A DNA stretch of 62,581 nucleotides, filler included, from Nemertoderma westbladi (GCA_032718475.1; 3 parts of 3 records of this genome joined end to end with filler, not necessarily neighbours in it); one strand, 5' to 3'; positions 1-14,022 are shown, counted from the whole stretch's first letter. A program made the numbers and translations. Notes: generated by a model not told the origin, from the letters alone.

Positions 1-1453
1 GATTACCTGAATACTGTAGCAGTCTGGCAGTGTAAGTCAGTCTAATACTGGCTGACTGGGAAATACAGACAGGCAGAAATAATACGCGGTTTGCAGGTCT
101 GTCTGTCTGGCATCTGGTACCAGCCAGCCAGCAGGAGCAGACCAGGCAGCCACGGTACTGGCGACTGGTCAGCTGGTACCCTACCGTACAGCGTACTGCC
201 GTACAGCCGTACCGTCAGACCGTGGCCATTGCAGCATTGGTGTGGTACGACGTCTGTACTTAGTACAGTCAGACAGTAGTACGACTGGTACGTCTGTAGT
301 TGTGGTCTGGTGGTTGCTGCTGCCGGTCAGCCAGCATCAGGCTGGCAGGTGCAGCTGCAAACAGCTGAACAGGCATGTACGATGTACCAGTGTACCGGTA
401 CTGGCAGACTGGTACAGACTACAGACACAGACAGACACAGACTGACAGATATTTGGGGGTTTTACTTTTCAACGTATGCCGTAATGCCTGACTGCCGTAC
501 AGCCGTACGCCGTACGTATCCACGTATGTGCGTACGTATCCTGGTATCCACGTACTGACGTACCGTAAAATGGGATGGGGTTACTTTGCCCATTTTTACG
601 AAAGCATATGCTGATATGGCTGTATGGATGTTACATTGTGCAAAAACATGTCAACCACTATTACCAGCCAGACAGCACGAAATATTGTGAATTATGGTGC
701 ACTAGTAATTTTATTTTGTGAAAACATTCAGTCCAAGGGCATATAATAACATTTTTATAGTTTTTTAAAAATTTATGCTGTGCGCAAAGTAGCCCCAGGT
801 ATGGCTAACTTTGCCGACTAAATGAATTTACACTGTTTCAAGCACTTTTTGCTATAATTTGGCAATGAAAACCAGATAAAAGACCTAATTTAGCCCCATT
901 GAGGGGCTACTTTGCCCATAAAATGATTTTAAAAAATTAGCACCACCCCTTATCAAATTTCCTACATTCCTATAGAAATGCTATAAGAATTTATAAGCGA
1001 AAAAAATACATAAATCTAATTGAATAATGAGTCAATAACAGGTGAGTTTCTTTAATTGGTCTAGTATATTCTATTCTGAACCGAAAACTTTGTGGTTATA
1101 TTCTATAAAATTACATCATATAAGAATACAAGTTTATCTAACTAGATTGGCAATTTCTATTCTGAAAAATTGTAAAAGTATAAATGTTTTCAAATTAGAA
1201 TGGTAAATTTCTAATCTAAAATATTGCATAAGAATAAATTTATCTCTAACAAGACCGGCAATTTCTCAAATTAGACAGTAATTGTAAATTTCTGTTCTAA
1301 AAAATAGACAAATATACCTAACAAAACAATAGTTAATGATAAGATAATCATTATTAAGTGCCTCTAATTGGCCTAGTTCAGGTAGATATCCATATTCCAG
1401 TTGGCAATCGACCTACTTGGAGTCGCATCGTCACATACATCATTTTCCTAGTG

Positions 1454-2694
1454 TCACTTCATAGTGTCACTATAATCATCATATTCGAAGTTGTCGATAC
1501 TGATGTTGTCTGAATCCAAAATCGCAGCAATTGTGTTATCAGTCATGTCAGTGTCTGTGTCAGAGAAAGAATCCAAACTGTCGCTCTCTCCCTCAATCGC
1601 AGACTCGCTCTCTTGATGATAATTTCCGTTACGAATGATCCTTCTTCTTACTCCCATAGAGTGACCACGGCCCACTCCACGGGTATGTAAACTGTTACGG
1701 TTACACGGGTTAGGCTGGTTACGTTACGCTGGGTTAGATGGGTGCTATTGGCTGGAAGGAAGACAAACGAAATGTTATTGCGAAAACATTGATCTTTTAC
1801 CCCTTCACTAATGTGTGAACTAAGGTTATCACCAATGACCACCTTTTTCCCTTCAAGATGTTTTGCCCAGGGCAAGCAAATAGTCATAAACCACTCTTCA
1901 AATGCTATTTCATCAAACTGTCAAACCAACCACTGGCTGACTGGTAGTTCGAGCATATCGGGTCTTTGGGGGTCCTCCTTCGCACCAATTTTTCCATAAG
2001 TTTGTTGCCTTATACACTACGTAAATGGGCTGTAGTATACCATCGGCGCTTCCAGAAAACATTAGACTAATAGCTCCCTTGGAAAAGATCTGCACTCTGT
2101 CCGGATACTTAACCCCTCTCTTGAAAATTAACTTCTTCGATCCAGGATTGTCCGTGAAGTTTGTTTCATCGTAGTTAAGAATATTACTAATAGGCTAGGC
2201 ACCCCTTCCAGCTGTCCAGAGTATTCTTTAGATGTTCAACGTAAGCAATAATTTCCTCATGACCGATGGCAGCCCTGGCCCGTTTAATATTTAGGCATAG
2301 CCGCAATGACAATTGGTTTTTCTGACGTTCAATAAACAGCAATGCCCAATCCTGCAATCTTTGCCTGGCTGATTGTTCGTAAACTTATCCACAACCCTTC
2401 CACACCGATTTAGATAATTTTTAACTATTATTCATAAGTCCATTATATAGACAATGGCATGCCCCACTCGGCACATATTGCCAAGTGGTTTACTATTGCG
2501 GCCTCTTCATAATTCATCAAAATAACCGGGTGTCCCACAGTAGATTGGTGCTTTCCGCCCATTTTATTTACTAATGTTCTCCGCGGAATGTTGAATTTAG
2601 CCTCCGCTTCTCGACTGGTTAAGCCATTTTTCATCGCATCTAGAGCAATATTAAGCGTATTCTCCGAATAGTCTCGATATTTTCGACTTCCCAA
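1454..2694 (-). pseudogene. pogo-type transposase pseudogene (HTH_psq + CENP-B-type HTH + DDE_1)
   Basis: YSENTLNIALDAMKNGLTSREAEAKFNIPRRTL (psq-type HTH), LNYDETNF (first D, about 2160-2180), VVIGDNLSSH (second D), FLPANSTHLTQ followed by loss of the expected PLD motif; acidic tail; several frameshifts and stops. Confidence 0.85.
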
Positions 2695-3270
2695 TTTAGG
2701 CCACCGTTGATGAATGATTAGTAGTAAAATCTGTCAGGCGCCAGGCGGTATAGTACAGTAGTAGAACGGTGTGCGTGCCTATCCGTAAATTACAAATATT
2801 TGCTGGGATAATATATATAAGGTAAATGTGCTGGTAGACTTGTTAAATAACATAGCGAAATAGGCAGAAAAATAAGTGCCAAGTGAAAAAAAAGCTGGGC
2901 AAAGTAGCCCCCATATTTTAAGAAATGGTCCAAGCTGACAAAAATTCCCATAAATATTTAACTTGCAATATTACTTGTATGTATAACCGCTCAAATTTTG
3001 CATGAATAAATGTAGAATCAAACTAATATAGCTATTGTTAAAATAAAATGCAGAAATACTTTTCACTTTTGCAAGACGTTTGCGACATAGGCCTAGATTT
3101 TGATGGATTTTTTTAGTGTAATTTCATCAAAATATTACATTGATTATATAGGCCTAAATGAAACCATACTGCATTTTCATATCATTCTCTTCACCAGAAA
3201 AAATTCCTCCCTAAATAATCCCTAAATGGAAATTGTTATAACTTAAAAACTAAAAGAGCTATTAAATACC

Positions 3271-4228
3271 ACATGAGAGTAAAAACCCAAGCGATCATTT
3301 TGTGAACATCCAATGATATTGCCTGTTTTATAAATGCTTTAAAGTTGTTATGGGATGTTCTGTTTGATTGGTTGTTGTGTGATTTACTTGCTAATCTTGG
3401 CCAGTATTAAATGCACTAAATCAACAAGCGATCAATGTAACTTAGTAGTTTACATTTAAATATTAGCATTATGCCGGTAGCTCTACATGTACTCTCAGAC
3501 TCTAAAACACTTACCTATGACGCTATGAGTGATGTTTATTGCAGTGACTGACGTAATAATGAAAGAATGCAGGAATGTACTTAAGAATATAATACAATTG
3601 ATGGACTCTTGCTCTAGGTTCTAGGATAGAGGCCAGGCCTCTTTACAGCTTTAATCTTTGTAAAATACTGTCATATCGTACAATACAGCAGTAACTGGAC
3701 ATTTAATGTAGGTAAATAATACGTAATACAGTTATACATATGTTATGATATACAGTTATACGTAATACATTATTCTATCCATTATCCTGCCACAGCAACC
3801 TGCTCCTTTCCCCACTTAATGATTATCATTGCTAATTCGCCGGGATGTGCTTTTAATTCATCAAGATAGGTTTTCGAAAATCCCCCCCCCCCCCCCCCCC
3901 CCCTCCATCATGCCTCCTGTGAAACATATTGACTCCTACTGTATCTGTGTATATCTGTACACATTGATCAGTGCTTGTTGATTTAGTGTATTTAATACTG
4001 GCCAACATTAGCAAGTAAATCACATAACAACCAATCAAACAGAACATCCCATAACAACTTAAAGCATTTATAAAACAGGCAATATCATTGGATGTTCACA
4101 AAAGATTAGCAAGTAAATCACATAACAACCAATCAAACAGAACATCCCATAACAACTTAAAGCATTTATAAAACAGGCAATATCATTGGATGTTCACAAA
4201 ATGATCGCTTGGGTTTTTACTCTCATGT
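3271..4228. mobile_element. Non-autonomous long-TIR element (Mutator/MULE-like MITE)
   Basis: About 170-bp TIRs starting ACATGAGAGTAAAAACCCAAGCGATC; exact 9-bp TSD TTAAATACC at 3262-3270 and 4229-4237; about 96-bp tandem duplication inside the right TIR. Confidence 0.8.
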
Positions 4229-4384
4229 TTAAATACCTAGCGGTTTTCAGATTTGGAAACACCATTCAGCCATTCAATGGTGCATTATACAGTTATAATA
4301 TATCATAAAAAAAATTCGACATATTTTTGACCAAAATGGTGTACCCCCCCCCCCCCCCCCCCCCCCCCTTAACTGCTTAAAGGG

Positions 4385-4645
4385 ATAGATAGATAGATCG
4401 ATTTATTTATACATTATGTAAAAACAATAACAAATCGGCCTACACCAAACAATGTACCGGTATAAAGGTAGGCTATTGTCCAACATAACATATAGGATTA
4501 CCCCTAAAGCTTTGCAGCTTATTTCCAAGGGGGTCCTTTATGTTACTTCAGTACTTGGTTACAAATACAATATTACACTACGCTAACCTAAAACCAATAT
4601 AAAACGTTATTCAGTTATTACACTATGTACATGTGACATGTACAA
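4385..4645 (-). mobile_element. Probable CR1/L2-type LINE 3' end
   Basis: Minus strand ends AATAAATAAATCG(ATCT)n, preceded by a stem-loop GGACCCCCTTGGAAATAAGCTGCAAAGCTTTAGGGGTAATCC; no coding sequence left. Confidence 0.4.
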
Positions 4646-5240
4646 CTTTACCGAGAGCGTGACAATGTCCGACTCAACTACTAGGATCGGCATGCTGCAT
4701 TGCAGCTGCATTTTTAAGAATGCTGTGCCGGCTTGTCAACAAAATTGCACCGCCACAACTCCCTATCACCCATGACATTTGCTAGATCATCCGCATCTTT
4801 AAGGCCAGTGTCCTTTAAGATGCGTCTCAAGAAAGTCATGGGCTGTCCTCCATGCTTATTCACTCCATGAGGCTGCCAAAGTACAAGATTATGCACTGGC
4901 TGGTCCTCACGGCGAAAGCAATGTCCTGCAAAGCGGAGGCGATTTTGTTCTAGTGTCAAGCTTGGGGGAACCAATGAGACACCTCCAATGTTATATAGTG
5001 TCTGGTTGGAGATGTGTGCATTGTACTTGACACAATGAACCCGGCGTAGCATTCTTGTGAATGTGCCATCCAGAGATTTGGTGTCCTCAGCAGTTAGAGC
5101 TAGAGCCCAGCATGGACTCCCAGTAGAGGAGTACTGGAACTACTGCTGCTCTAAATAATCGGACCTTAAGTTTCCGATTAATTCTCGGTGACTTCCAAAT
5201 CCTGGAAAGCCTATTCAAGGCTGCCCATGCCTTTCCCTTA
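4646..5240 (-). mobile_element. RTE-like non-LTR retrotransposon 3' fragment
   Basis: C-terminal LINE motifs GKAWAALNRLSRIWKS..KLKVRLFRAAVVPVLLY and RLRFAGHCFRREDQP..LVLWQP (ORF 4714-5052); 5'-truncated. Confidence 0.75.
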
Positions 5241-7516
5241 AACGTATTCGAAGGTCCTCACGGGCCTCACCTGACTTCCGGATCCGTCCGACTCAACGAT
5301 AAAGATGTAATGCAGTAATGTACAGAACAATTTATTATAAAACGTAATTACAGTATAAATAGTAAATAATTAATAAACTAATAACTTACTGTCAGACAGA
5401 CTGTAGGACTATTGTACCTATTTTTACATTGCACACGGAGGATTATAGTCATTGTCTGATTGTAGTCAGGTAGTTGTAGACAGTCAATGGAAGTGGGAAG
5501 ACCAATCAAATATTACCTTTTTACCCATTTACCTTTATAATACTGTAATATGACCTTAATACTGTAATAACTGCCACATGAACAATATTTTTTCTAAAAA
5601 TTATAGTTAGGCCTAAATGAGAAGTGAAAAGTTTGGGCAAAGTAACCCCACCGGGCAAAGTAACCCCAGTTTATGGTACCGGCTGACCGGTATCTATACA
5701 TTACAGCATTACAGCATTACATTGAGCGATTTCACATACCGGCCCGGCACCGGTACGCGTATGCATGGCATACGCGTATGCATGGCATACGCTGATATGC
5801 ATAGGGTAGGCGAATACTGTTCAGCTGTTTCCTGATTGGTCCAGATGATTAGGCCTATTATGTTATTGTCAAATCAACAGTGTCTCTGTCAGTCTGTGGC
5901 TGTAGGCCTATTATTACAGTACCGTGGTGTTTTGCATTACCAGATTACAGCATTAGTCTGTGTCTGTCAGGCAGTATAATTATTGCTCAGTCAGGTAAGT
6001 CTGGTAGTAGTACAACAGTAGTAGGTCAGATGAGCTTCGTTAGGCTCACCCGTCCCTTAATTCCAACTCTTTTACGACCTTTTTTTATTCCAACCGCTTG
6101 GAGGAGTGCGGTTCATTCTTAGTTAGATGCTTGAACACACTTGAAATAATTTAAAACATATCTCCGGGTAATTAACTTATTAAATTATTTATTTGTATAT
6201 ATATATATATTAGGTAGTATTAATCATACTTAAATACGCGTTTGAGCCTTTGTTTAAATATTATTTTCTTGGACGATTGTTGCGACTCTTAGCCCACTGC
6301 CCAATTTCACACAAATTAATTAAAGCTTATATTTGTCCCGGTATTTTGCCTGTCGGTTAATGTACCGCATTTTAATATTATCCGTCCATTTGCATTTGGC
6401 TATTGTTTTGTTTGCTTTTGTTACATTGTTTTCCGTTGTTACGTCTCTTCTTGTCAGTTGCTTGTGGCTATTTACTGGTAATTTTTATCGTCAATAAACT
6501 TAATAATAATAATAAAATCAGTATTGTCAGTGTCAGTTAGTCAGCGATGTGTCATTGTTGCTTGAGAATGTACAGAGATACATGCACATAGCAGCATAGA
6601 ATGTGATGCCTTGTTGTCCAGATTCTCCTGTCTAACTGTCTGAATTTGCTGATTTGTGTTCAGTCTTTTTGTGCTAATCATTGTCATCATATAATGCTGT
6701 CTGGCTGTGCAGTGCAGCTGTGCTGCATAAAAACACATATAAATAAAAGCAGAGTGCAAGCACAAGGAAAAATAAATATTTTAAATAATTATTTAAAGCA
6801 ATTATTTTAAACGATTATTTTAATTATTTAAAATAAAAAAATAATTCGAATAGGATATTCTAATAACTACCGGTAGGAAATTCATAATTAACAGAACGAA
6901 TATAAAACTGCACCAACTTCCCACCACCTATCAGAACAATACAATTTGCAATTAAAAATATAAACAATACAATTAAATAATGTTGCGCCGGGGATTAATA
7001 TCGGTCTGCGAGGTCATTATCCCGCAGCCTATATGGAATATTGACAAAAAGCGCGCCACACGGGTTCTAGTTAAACGAAAAGCGCGCCAGCCACTGAGCC
7101 ATGATATTCAATGTGCGCCAATCCAATGCAACCATTGACCATGAAATTTTGCAATTATCAGATTATTGTAATCATTTATCAGTTGATACTGCAGTTGGCC
7201 TACAGTATTTTAACATTAAAATGCGAGCACAGCGAGCAAGAAATTTTGCAGAAATGTAAACATTAATACACGTTCGTGGGGCCTTCGCGCAGCACGAGGC
7301 CCAGTTATTAGATCAAATTAAAATTGAGCGACTGTATCACAAAATCAGGTTTTGAGAAATTTACCCACACCACCAATCAATCAAAGAAAGGCGGACAGTA
7401 CGTGTTCACCCCTTTTAATCCCCCCCCCCCCCCCACCCTTCCCAACCACCAATACATAACCGGGACATCTACCACCCACGGAAGGGTAGCACGAACTTAT
7501 TTCCAATCGCACGTTA

Positions 7517-7807
7517 AATATGCAAAGCCAGGTGGTTTATAGGAATATAATAAACGCAGTACTCGTTTTCATTATAAGCCCCTTTGCGTTCGTCCTGTTT
7601 TGTATTTAAATATATTTCTTAAACGCAGGCTAGGACGATCTTTATAATAATAATAACTAGGGATGCGATCAATATGTGAAGCCAGGTGGTTTATATAACA
7701 ATTTAGTCAACGCAGTACTCGTCTTCATTATATGCCTCGTTGCGCTCGTCGCTTGTCCTGTTTTGTCATAAAATATTTTTCCTAAACGCGGACTGACGAT
7801 CTTTATA
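7517..7807. repeat. Diverged direct duplication, about 155-bp period
   Basis: AAGCCAGGTGGTTTATA...AACGCAGTACTCGT...GACGATCTTTATA occurs at about 7525-7646 and 7679-7807. Confidence 0.6.
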
Positions 7808-9805
7808 CAGTTATAACTATGCGAAGTTTCGAAACTGTGCGAGTAACTGTTGATACATCTATGTGGAGATGTGTGATATGTGGAGATGTGTGATACAACG
7901 CCAACGCATCTTATGCCGATGTAGTAATATGGGTATTGAAATAATATTAAATCAATGTACACTCTTAAAGCTGCAGCGAAAAAATGTAGCTAATTTCCTA
8001 GGTTACATATAAAATAATAATATTATTTTTAAGAACATTAATTTTACTACTTTGCAAAAATTCAATTAAAAAATAACCAGACATATACATTGTGGAATAA
8101 ACTATTTCAGAAGCCTACACAACAGCCATGCCATGGATTGTATTTATGTTATTATATCTGTCATTTACCTGAGTTAGCAATACAACACTTATAGTAGAGT
8201 CAATACAGGAAGGATGTTGGGATGTTGGATTTCAAGAATGATGTCTGGGCTGGAATAGCAATACTGGTTGCCTATTACAGTACAATTCCTCTCTGGTTAG
8301 TCTACAGCCACAACTCCAAGCCAGCTAGCTCCACACCAGCAGAGACTTGACCAATAATCATTCCCAGCAAATAGCTGCCTTACACACACATCATTCCATC
8401 GTACCAGCATGTTAGCCAATAAATGAGCAGTATTTAATGAGAGTCAATTTTTTATGACGTTTTAATTACTTTAGATCAATTAAAAACACAATTAATAAAG
8501 CAAATCACTTGAACTAATCAAAAACTATAATAGAATGGCGTATGTGGATTACATCTGTATAATTTTTAAGTATAATTATTTAAATCTTATACTGTAAAAC
8601 AATTAATTTCCTTTAAAAGGCAGGTTGAAAATGGTGTTTTTACCGTAATCAACTTAATTAACTAATTAACTGCTATTATCTTAGCTTCTCGAAGGCCACA
8701 CGGAAATTCTACTTGGAAAATTTCTAAACTTTTGCCAAACAACATGTGTACCAAGTTTGGATAGATTTCATCAAAGATTGGCTGAGTTATTAACGTTTAA
8801 AATTGGACGCGACAGAACGACAGAACGACAGGTTGATTAATGGTACCACTACGCTAAGGCTCACTCACTTCGTGGCTCGCCCCACATGACATGTTCCACA
8901 GATCTAGTAAACCACACAATCCACTGGTTTACGGGGCGGCGACAACGTACTGCAATGGTGTTTATGTTCTACAACATGGATTAACAAGCCATATACTGTA
9001 TAACAATATATACCTACAGATTTTAATAAACAGCACTGGAGAATAACTAGAATGATAACCTGCAACAACAGCAACCGAGAAGCCAATTGGCGGGGGTTAT
9101 TACACAGTTCCAATTTTGATTACTGTTTATTGTTATGTAGTACTCCCACACCTCTGATCCGTACATAAGTATAGGTAATATTAAACATTCGAATAGTCTG
9201 TATCGCAATTCGAATGTAACATTTGGGAAACAGTTAAGGTGCCTAAAAAGTGAAAACAGTGTTTCTGCGCCTTTTCGGCAAGCACCTTTTGGGCAGTTGA
9301 GAATTTCTCTGTGGTGGTAAAATCGATTCCCATTATATTACACTAGGACTAAATGCAGAAAATGTTGAATTGCAAAGTCTAAATGCAATGCGGCACGGCA
9401 GACCGGTGACTGGAAGGGCGGTAATATCAGCAGCAGAATCAGGCGATAATAATATTAGTTTAAGTTTATAATAGTTTAATAAACAGTCGAATAGGGCATG
9501 AGCCAGAGCCATGAGGAAGGTAATTCTGCTTTTGGAGTTGCACAAACTGAACATTAAATTATGTAAACTTTAAATATGAATACTATGTAAAACTGAAAGT
9601 AAAATTTAGAACCGGTATGTAAATAAAGTAATATTAATATAATTAAATTTAATAATATAAATAGGGCATTAAAGGAAGCAACTGCTTATAAAGCCCGCAA
9701 ATTCACAAGAATTTTTTTTTTAAGTCCACTTATTAATTAATACTATTTAACACTGAAACCGGTATGTAAATTAAGTAAACATTGATATACACCATGTCCC
9801 AGAAT

Positions 9806-10646
9806 ATAGTGTCGTAATTCAGTGACACGCCCCCCCCCCCCCCTAATTTTTCTACAAATCGTTTTGAGATTACATGAAATTTGAAACAGAGATAGTTTCA
9901 CCTCCCGACCACTGACTGGGTGAGCCAGAATTTTTATTTTTGCTTTCAATCTTTAGCTACAAGCGTTTAAAAAAAGTGTCTCCAGCGATATTACACCAGT
10001 TACACCGCAGTTATTCCTCTACCTTATAGCTGTTTGTTGGTACCAATGGAATGCTGGCAATACAAGGATTCAAAATATGTAACACAATTTGAACTTCGTT
10101 GAAAAATAGCTGAGATATGAGCGTTCAAATGTTGCATGGTTTTGCAACGACGCGAGGCTATTTTATTCTATTAATAAATAAACCATATTCTGGAACATTT
10201 TTTAAATGTATGAATAGCTACGTAATAGTATGATTAAAGATGTAATGCATTGTTGCCCAGCTACGTATTTGGATAAACAAAATATTCCAGATTATGATGC
10301 ATTTATTAAATAGAATAAAATAGCCTCGCGCAGGTGCAAAACGATGCAACATTTGAACGCCCATATCTCGGCTATTTTTCAACGAAATTCAAATTGCGTT
10401 ACATATTTGTAATCCTTGCAGGGCCAGCTTTCCATGGTAGAAGAATAACTGCGGTGTAACTGGTGTAATATCGCTGGAGACACCTTGTTTAAACGCTTGT
10501 AGCTAAAGATTGACAGCAAAAATAAAAATTCTGGCTCATCCAGTCAGTGGTCGGTCGGGAGGTGAAACTATCTCTGTTTCAAATTTCATGCAATCTCATT
10601 ACGATTTGTCAAAAAATTAGGGGGGGGGGGGGGGGGCGTGTCACTG
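9806..10646. mobile_element. Foldback/palindromic MITE, right end cut by an LTR
   Basis: About 385-bp inverted arms (9820-10205 vs 10278-10646), from CAGTGACACG(C)n to (G)nCGTGTCACTG, with a short spacer; the right arm abuts the LTR end at 10647. Confidence 0.75.
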
Positions 10647-11814
10647 TGTTAGCGCTTTTAGACCTTTGGCAGTTTAACCCACCAAATTAGGATGTCTTCT
10701 AGATAATAAATCACTTTTAGTCTATGACAAGTATTTAATTCACTACACTAGTCGAAACCAATCTGTGCGCGATCATTCACCCGCTGGATATACCCGGGAG
10801 ATTGGGTTCGACGGCTTAATCTTATTGCTATGTAAGCTTAATGTATTATTCGACTGACAGTATTATATAATCTCTGACAATATTATTCACCTTCGGGGAA
10901 TATTAACAGTTCCTTTAGGACGTGGCGCTCTATCTATATACACAGAGTTATGACTTAAACTACTCACAACGATATGGCTTAGTTATAATTTACATATATG
11001 GCGCATTCTTTAGGAAATGCTTCGTTATCAGGCTCACTCATACACAATGCTGCACACTGATCTGCCGATCTTCACTGATTTTAGTTATATATAAAAGGAA
11101 CACGGACCGACTCATGTAGGGTTTATCAAATAACATTAGATTCACTTCAAACCACTTTAACATAAGTCACAATCGTTATATGTAACCTTTCTCTCTTACC
11201 TTCGGTATATCAAGAATATTGGGTTTCGGGGTTATTTATCGTTATTTCAAATATAATAATTCATCAACCATATTATGAAGAACTGACAGTAAATAGCAGT
11301 ATAACAATATAAAAGTATACACAGTGATTCAGTGTGTGTTAAGTTCATTAGTTTGTTTTGGTTTGATAACGGATATATGCCCTTTATAATTAAGCCTACT
11401 AGTGTTAGACTAAAACAGAAAAGCACAAAATATTTACAAGCCGTTCTCTCCTGGCTCAGGACAGAAAGACCAACAACACTGAAAACTGATAAGAATAACC
11501 TTATTTACAAAGGCTTCCACCCAACACAGAGAAAGAGCATACAGATAGGAAAATTCAGTTCAGTAGATCTGTGATAGGTCGAAATCAAAATCAACTCAAA
11601 TCCTATTGGCAGATACAGAAGCAGGGCTGTGGGGCAACTTTCCCAAGCTGGTTGGACAATCAAACGTAGCCCAGATCCCTTCGCACAGCGAATCAGCCAA
11701 TCAGCCGGTAGCTTGCGCTATTCGAGTTATAGATCCCCTTTTAGAGTATTCAGCGCCTGGGGGGGAACTGGTTAACAAGGCAAACGAATCAGTTATCCCA
11801 CAAAAGCTTTTACA
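10647..11814 (-). repeat. LTR of copy B
   Basis: Minus strand starts TGTAAAAGC after GGGAGCGG and ends GCGCTAACA; homologous to 27991-29174. End could be 10645. Confidence 0.7.
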
Positions 11815-14022
11815 CCGCTCCCAGAAAATGGGATTTAAGTCTATAAAATATACAAAATCACAATTTCTAATATACATAAATACTCTAAACAGTTAGTCTT
11901 TCTTGCGCGGACGGCGTTTACGCAGTTTTTTAAAGTTAGCCAGAGTCTTTTTCTCTTTGGGGGGAGCCACTTTACTAGGAGGGCCATAACTCCTGGGTGA
12001 AGGGTGCAATATGATTGCATTAGAAGGTTTGGGTTTACGGTCGGTGTCTCGTCCATTTCGATATGCTTCTCCTCGAGCTGATTTTCCTCCGCTTGTCATG
12101 GGATACGTTCGTCCAAAACTCTCGCAGAGAATAGGGTTTTCTAAGCTTGATATCTTCTTTGAGATTCGAGATTTCCCAATCGAACTGAGATAAGGCCAAT
12201 TCGTTTATCGATTGGACTTACTGTTATAACTTACGTTTATCTGAACAAACGCAGGTTTCTTTTTTGATCTTTATAGAATAGCGTTTAACTCGTTTCGTAC
12301 AACGCTTTCCTTCACCTTGATGAAGGGTTGTATCGCGTTAAACGGGACGACCATACGGTTGGATAGTGATATTAGGTGTCTGCGTCATAATCCGGCTAGG
12401 TAAGATGGGCGGCTAGCTAGAAATCACTGTCGGAGTGTTACCGATTAATTGTTAGGGTAGCACTAGATCTTGAACAGTGAATACCGTCCGCAAGGATCCG
12501 CGACACCACCAGGATCGCAGGTCTGAGGTCCAACTAAGGAATGAGGAGGTTTGACCGAGTATTCCGGGACTCTGATCGTAGGTTTACTCTAGGATCGTTA
12601 GAGCCGAGTGAGCATAGGTGATACGTCAAACAAGTTTCGCTCGAAACTCCAGTAAATATAACGAACACAACTGTGTTTAACACAACGTTTCCGTGGATGT
12701 TTATGTCTTTCCGTTTATTGGCTGGGTCTAGGGCATTTACCGTAATAATACCAAAGACGCACGTCTGGTAGGGGAAACGCGGATGATATTTATTTGTTGT
12801 TACAATGCTTCTATCAAGAATTCCAAATATATGTTGGAGTTACCGCGTTTATTTGTTTCTTTAATGTCTTTTCTTTCGAGCCGATTTCGAATAGAATTTT
12901 CGCATTCGAATTTCAGTTTATGGTTCCGACTCCGCTAGGCAGGATATATAGTCGACATAGTCCGTATTGTGTAAATCGATAGGATGATCAGTAGTTAAGA
13001 AGCCCATATACGTACCATTACGCTGCGTATATCGAGCAGCGAATTTTCTATAGTCCAACTCGCGCGAGCTGCTCTTGGGACATTGGCGGTTCGATATAAC
13101 GACCATCGTCCTCCGCAGCAGTTGGACTAACGTCGCCGCGTATTCAACAAACGCTTGTAAAGTAGAGTATATCGCTCCCCGATACCAAGACCATCTTCTA
13201 TCAACTCCGTCATATCTGCTATATATGAGTTTATCCATATTATAATGAGTTTATATTTAGGCGAGCGGGCGTCGCTGCCTACCCAATCAACCCCCGGACA
13301 GTACGAGATCCTCAGCGCCGATGTGTCGTCGCCGCTGTACTTTCGCCAACGACGTAGCCGCACAACGACAACGACAACCGGCACAAGTCACTCGACTGTC
13401 CGTCCCAAAGGCTTAGATACACCTCAGGTTCTTACTGGAGAGTTAGGGTTACTTTCACAATTGCGACTCGCTACTGTAAACACACCTTAGTAGTAACATT
13501 CGCCTATAAACTCACAAATACCACACACACAACTTGTCACAAATTACACACACTCGGGTCACTTGTCCGTTAGTCAATGCCTTCCAGAATGTCACTGTAT
13601 TATTATGTATCCTTGGATACTATCAGTACACTATTTATTCCCTATGCTATTCAATGGGACAAGCTTTCTATTGTTCTCTTAACTCAATTCTAATTCTAGC
13701 GTGGTTGTTGCTATGGTGACATTATGTAAAGCTAGCGGTAGAATTAGGGTAATTCCAATGCATACAGATCTGGGATGTTATTTAATAGTAATTCTTTAAT
13801 GGTCAATGTCCTGTTTTATACATGACTTTATGAATTTTATCGGCTATTGACTATGTTTGGGAGACTTTCGCACACTCATACGCATAATAAGATAAATCTC
13901 CGCTCCCTTGATCTATTAATTAATGGAATTTTGGGAATGTTATAAATTGCATAAAAATGGCAATTTATTAAATTCATTAAGCGACATGAATTTAAATTTA
14001 TTCCCTGAAATTTTATTATTTG
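10647..14022 (-). mobile_element. BEL family copy B: inverted 3' half (spacer, internally deleted extra ORF, 3' LTR)
   Basis: Reverse complement aligns by eye with 22885-29174, except for a 2.7-kb deletion (junction about 12047) and a divergent LTR U3; peptides WYY.KCPRP and KKLRKRRPRKKD match ORF 24214-27912. Confidence 0.9.

Larger units (their letters stand above)
563..5676 (-). mobile_element. pogo/Tigger-like (Tc1/mariner superfamily) DNA transposon, decayed, with nested insertions
   Basis: Imperfect TIRs CCGTAAAATGGGATGGGGTTACTTTGCCC (563-591) and GGGCAAAGTAACCCCAGTTTATGG (5653-5676), flanked by TA at 561-562 and 5677-5678; transposase remnants inside. Confidence 0.8.

Noticed and set aside
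1-560. Short ORFs in CAG/GTAC-rich DNA (similar at 5680-6030)
   Set aside because: Low-complexity sequence with no recognisable protein motifs.
8690-8885. Possible 3' end of another non-autonomous element (GACAGAAC repeats plus hairpin)
   Set aside because: No matching 5' end or second copy in the window.
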